Source of the DNA: Candidatus Nanoarchaeia archaeon
GTDB lineage: Archaea; Nanobdellota; Nanobdellia; SCGC-AAA011-G17; DATDVL01
Direction of reading: 5' to 3'
DNA: 64,000 bases
Assembly (NCBI GenBank): GCA_035289925.1
Contig: DATDVR010000006.1
Location: forward strand, 92,018 to 156,017
Under the pieces are notes generated by a model, which ran no database searches, was not told the DNA's origin, and saw only the letters and a list, made by a program, of their open reading frames with translations. The stretch's first letter is position 1. Each line of letters starts with the position of its first letter. Shown here piece after piece: positions 60,401-64,000 of the stretch. Both the position numbers and the translations under genes were made by a program.

Positions 60401-61987
60401 TATTTCATCAAATTCTTCATTATACGTTATAATTTTTATTTCTTTTCTTAAAAACTCAAGGTTTCTTACATCTTCTGATAGAGTAACGATTGCTTTATTT
60501 TTGATATCTAAAGCTTTTGCCTTGTGAGATAATTCTCTCGCATAATTGATAGCTTTTCTTGTTTTTAGATTTCTTTTAGCTTCAATAATCAATTCTTTAT
60601 TACCTTTTATTGCATAAACGTCTATTTCATGCTTTTCCGAGATATCTTTATTTGCTAATATCACATTATTAAAAGTAAGCCATCCTAACTTGTTGAGTTT
60701 CTTGAATATTTTTTCCTCTAATTTTGTCCCAATTGATTTGTTCGATTTAAAACCTATTATTTTGTCATATCTGTTTGCTTCTTTCCACATTTTTTGTTTT
60801 TTATCTTTGCTTCTGCTATATATCGAGTTTGCTATCAAATAATTTGCATAAAAATGAGTTTTTCTTAAATTTGTTTTTGTTTTCTTCATTAATTCGTTGA
60901 CTTTCTTTTTGATGTTTTCTGTTAAATTTCTTTGTCCTTTAGCTACCCTAAGGATCTGAACCGGTGAATAGTCGATTAGCATAGCTATTTGCTTACATGA
61001 CAAATTTGAATATTGCATAAATTTATTCAAGTCGTCTTTGTTGTTTATCTCCTTTGGGAGGTCACTTTCCTTCTTTTTCAATAAATTATGAACAAAATTT
61101 CTACGCTTTGCCATTTTCTTTAAGTCTTCTATATCTAGGATAACAATACCACGTTTTTCTTGAATTGCCTTACCAATTTTACTTGTTTTAAATTGAGTGA
61201 CAATGACTACCTTAGAACAAATACTCTTTAATTCTGACAATTTATCGCAGTAACTCTTTAATTTGTTTTTCAATTGCTTTTCTTTTGAAGCTTTGCATTC
61301 TATAATTATTTTTAAATTCTTTTTTATAGCGTAAATGTCTGTGCAGTGCCTTATTTTTAGTTTTTTGTCAGCAAGAATGGGATTTAAAAAAATCTTAAAA
61401 CCAGCTTTTTTGAAGATTTTTGCTACTTTCTTTTCAAATTTTGACCCTTCATTGTTTTCATTTTTTAATTTAATTATTTCCGGATATCTCTTCACAGACT
61501 TTAACTTGAGACTTTCTTTATTTGTTAGTTCTGCCTTATACAAATCAAATAAGATACCTCCCTTATCTTTCGAATCTATGAATTTCTTATATCTCTTTAA
61601 AATTCTAGTAATTATATAAGGTCTTAATTTTATCTTTTCATCTTTTATCCATTTAATAGTTGCATCACAAATATCTAATATTTGTGCGCATTGTCTGTAA
61701 CTTAAGTTATATTCTTTTCTTATTTCCTCTATAAGCTTTTTAATATTAATGTTGCCATAGTAAATTAATTCTTCATTTGAGTAGGGTATTCTTTTTAATA
61801 GTTTTTGGAGGTTATCCTTTCTTCTCTTTGGTCTGGCTATATTATTTTCCCACCTATGAACAGTTCCTGATCCAACACATAACAACTTGGCTAAATCTGG
61901 TTGGGTATAACCATAAATATATCTAATTCCTTTTAGAATACTTGATAATTCTTCTTGTTTAAATTTACCATTTGCCATAGGGGACAA
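60371..61987 (-). CDS. Multi-HTH protein with two restriction endonuclease-like domains
   Basis: XRE-like HTHs; FEKKV..TDIYA..IIECK and LEEKI..EIDVYA..IIEAK. Confidence 0.72.
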   Translation of the reverse strand: MSPMANGKFKQEELSSILKGIRYIYGYTQPDLAKLLCVGSGTVHRWENNIARPKRRKDNLQKLLKRIPYSNEELIYYGNINIKKLIEEIRKEYNLSYRQCAQILDICDATIKWIKDEKIKLRPYIITRILKRYKKFIDSKDKGGILFDLYKAELTNKESLKLKSVKRYPEIIKLKNENNEGSKFEKKVAKIFKKAGFKIFLNPILADKKLKIRHCTDIYAIKKNLKIIIECKASKEKQLKNKLKSYCDKLSELKSICSKVVIVTQFKTSKIGKAIQEKRGIVILDIEDLKKMAKRRNFVHNLLKKKESDLPKEINNKDDLNKFMQYSNLSCKQIAMLIDYSPVQILRVAKGQRNLTENIKKKVNELMKKTKTNLRKTHFYANYLIANSIYSRSKDKKQKMWKEANRYDKIIGFKSNKSIGTKLEEKIFKKLNKLGWLTFNNVILANKDISEKHEIDVYAIKGNKELIIEAKRNLKTRKAINYARELSHKAKALDIKNKAIVTLSEDVRNLEFLRKEIKIITYNEEFDEILSKALAQFS

Positions 61988-62113
61988 AAATAGAGTTTTA
62001 TTTATAAACTATCTTAGGGAGTTTGTCTTGTGTCTCTATTAATTTACAGATTTATCGGAAGATTTACGAAAATTTCGTAAGATTTATGGAAAGACAACCT
62101 TTTAGATAAGTAG

Positions 62114-63079
62114 TTAACTAAGAAATGGCAAGGTGTTAATTTCTTCCTTCTCGCTTTTTACTGGTAAGATTTCTATTTCTATATACTGGTTTTTGAAAAG
62201 ATTTCTCATATTTTCAATTAGATTTCTTAGATCATTTTCACTTTTATAAAGCAAAGAAATAAAACAATTAGGCTTGCCTAGCATAAAAGCAGTAGTTATT
62301 ATATGTGGCGAATCCCTTGCAAAATCTCTTATTTTAGCCTGATTTTCAGATGAAAATTCTTTAATATTAATCAAAAGAGTTGCATAAAAATAACCTAGTT
62401 TCTCTGTATCAAATTGGATTCTAGATCCAAGAAGAACGCCCTTTTCATTTAATTTTTTTAATTTATAAAGTATTAATTCTGATGAAAGTCCAGTTTTTTT
62501 AGCGATATCAATAAATTTTGTTCTTGCATTTTTTTCCAAAACCTTAAGTATAGCTTTATCTTTTTCGTCTAAAATCTCATTCTTTTTTTGATATTCTGCT
62601 AAAATGTAGTCTTCCCTCTTTTTATTTCCTAAGAATTTTATTGGATAAAGCTCTGCAAAGTATGGCTGTAGAATTAAGTAATCAAGAATATATTTATTAT
62701 GTTTTTGCAAAAGATTAGTAAGATAGTCATTTTTCTCCTTATCGTTTCTGAAAATCAAAGTCATAAATAAGTCATATTTCGCTAATATCTCTCCTCTAGA
62801 AATCCAAAAGCTATCTTTTAAATGCTCTTTCATAAAAATATTTATATTTTCTTGTTTGTTAAATTTGAGAAGGATTACGATAAGTTTGGTATATCCTAAT
62901 TTACTGTAATTAATAATTGGAATAAATTTTTTTATAATCCCGATTTGAATCAATTTATTTATCTTATAATCAACTTGCTCTCTACTCAAACCACTACCTT
63001 TTGCAATTTTTGTTAAAGTTTCCCTGTTATTGTGGTATAGATATGCTAAAAGCTTTTTATCTGTTGGTTTTAGTTTCAT
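62114..63079 (-). CDS. Tandem Lrp/AsnC family regulator
   Basis: Two HTH-AsnC repeats (DKKLLAYL, DKAILKVL). Confidence 0.82.
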   Translation of the reverse strand: MKLKPTDKKLLAYLYHNNRETLTKIAKGSGLSREQVDYKINKLIQIGIIKKFIPIINYSKLGYTKLIVILLKFNKQENINIFMKEHLKDSFWISRGEILAKYDLFMTLIFRNDKEKNDYLTNLLQKHNKYILDYLILQPYFAELYPIKFLGNKKREDYILAEYQKKNEILDEKDKAILKVLEKNARTKFIDIAKKTGLSSELILYKLKKLNEKGVLLGSRIQFDTEKLGYFYATLLINIKEFSSENQAKIRDFARDSPHIITTAFMLGKPNCFISLLYKSENDLRNLIENMRNLFKNQYIEIEILPVKSEKEEINTLPFLS

Positions 63080-63223
63080 TTCTTTAATTATTAGAATTGA
63101 ATATTTATAAAAGTTTCGATTTATTAAATAATTGACTAATAAGTTTTAATATATTAGTAAAAATCATGCAAAAGTTATATATTGGAGATAGCCTCATTAG
63201 AAGTATAATTATTTGGAGGCGTT

Positions 63224-63490
63224 ATGTTAAAGTATAAGCTTAAGAAATTGGGAACGTCAGATTGTGTGATCGGGGGTTGCCCTACATTATATGAGCTAGC
63301 TGAGGAGTGTGTTTATGGAGCTTGCCCTAGGGTTTTTGAAGATAGAGAAAATAAAGAGGTCTTTATTGTTGTAGGAAAAGCGATGAACCCTGGTGATTTT
63401 GATGGTCTTGAGGGCAAAGTTGGAGAGGGAGAGACTATTGTTGCTATTCCAAAAAATTTAATTGAAAAATTAAGAAATATGAAATTTTAA
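63224..63490 (+). CDS. Small hypothetical protein with duplicated CxxGxCP motif
   Basis: CVIGGCP and CVYGACP. Confidence 0.55.
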   Translation: MLKYKLKKLGTSDCVIGGCPTLYELAEECVYGACPRVFEDRENKEVFIVVGKAMNPGDFDGLEGKVGEGETIVAIPKNLIEKLRNMKF

Positions 63491-63774
63491 TTTATAACCT
63501 CTAATTTTCCAAATCTACCTGCTGTCAACTGCATTTCGCCTTGGAATTCATTTACATAACCATTTGTAATCTTGAGTTTTGAACCGACTTTTACTTTGTC
63601 AATTTCATCATTCCACAAAGTTAGCTTCATTTCTGACTCTCCATCAGATATTGTGGCGTTGCAAACGCGTCCATCCTTTCCAAATTTGTTGAAAGTTCTT
63701 GGCTCTTCTAAGGATTTTATTTCTACTTCAATATCTACTTTGCTCATCCTTGGCTTTAATTCTGATAGTTTCAT
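63487..63774 (-). CDS. Single-OB-fold ssDNA-binding protein (SSB/RPA-like)
   Basis: ISDGESEMKLTLWN, NGYVNEFQGEMQLTAGRFG. Confidence 0.85.
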   Translation of the reverse strand: MKLSELKPRMSKVDIEVEIKSLEEPRTFNKFGKDGRVCNATISDGESEMKLTLWNDEIDKVKVGSKLKITNGYVNEFQGEMQLTAGRFGKLEVIN

Positions 63775-63799
63775 TTTACAATTAATTTTATGACTCTTT

Positions 63800-64000
63800 T
63801 TAAACCTTGTGTTTTAAAAATTCAACTTCCTCTTCATCTAAATCTAAGTTTAAAGTGTGCTTTTTGTAGATAATTGCAAGATAAGGAATAACATCCTTGA
63901 TAATTCTTTTAGTTGAGCAGTGCAATCTATCTGACAATTTTTCAGCTATTGCCTTTCTCTTGAAGTACTTTTGATTCGACATCCATATTTTTAACAATCT
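63800..64000 (-). CDS. rfcL: Replication factor C large subunit, C-terminal part (cut by window edge)
   Basis: IAEKLSDRLHCSTKRIIKDVIPYL...LDEEEVEFL. Confidence 0.55.
   Translation of the reverse strand, partial: RLLKIWMSNQKYFKRKAIAEKLSDRLHCSTKRIIKDVIPYLAIIYKKHTLNLDLDEEEVEFLKHKV

Overview
AT-rich archaeal chromosome segment. The gene set (XerA, Cdc6, PolD DP1/DP2, PolB, FEN1, RadB, CDC48, LonB, PRC-barrel proteins, separate Hef helicase and ERCC4 genes) and leaderless BRE-TATA promoters suggest a DPANN (Woesearchaeota/Pacearchaeota-like) genome; this is inference. Main signals: (1) xerA next to a ~9.3 kb array of toxin-antitoxin and hypothetical genes separated by at least 9 full or half dif-like sites (GGTTCG[C/T]ATAA-N6-TTATACGAACC), with apparent recombination footprints, i.e. 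a candidate Xer-driven integron/pdif-like cassette array about 10 kb from the predicted oriC; (2) a LonB gene in three ORFs, broken inside two inteins, one clearly a natural split intein with a foreign gene and a MITE between its halves; (3) a diversity-generating retroelement with one TR, three dispersed target genes (one with a nonsense codon), no visible avd, and an RT frameshifted at a G10 tract; (4) an IS5-type element and two identical 132-bp MITEs, all inserted 6 nt upstream of a TATA box in the same orientation; (5) two HTH genes with internal short DNA repeats that recur in flanking intergenic DNA. No rRNA, tRNA or CRISPR array was seen. All alignments and counts were done by eye; no database searches were run.
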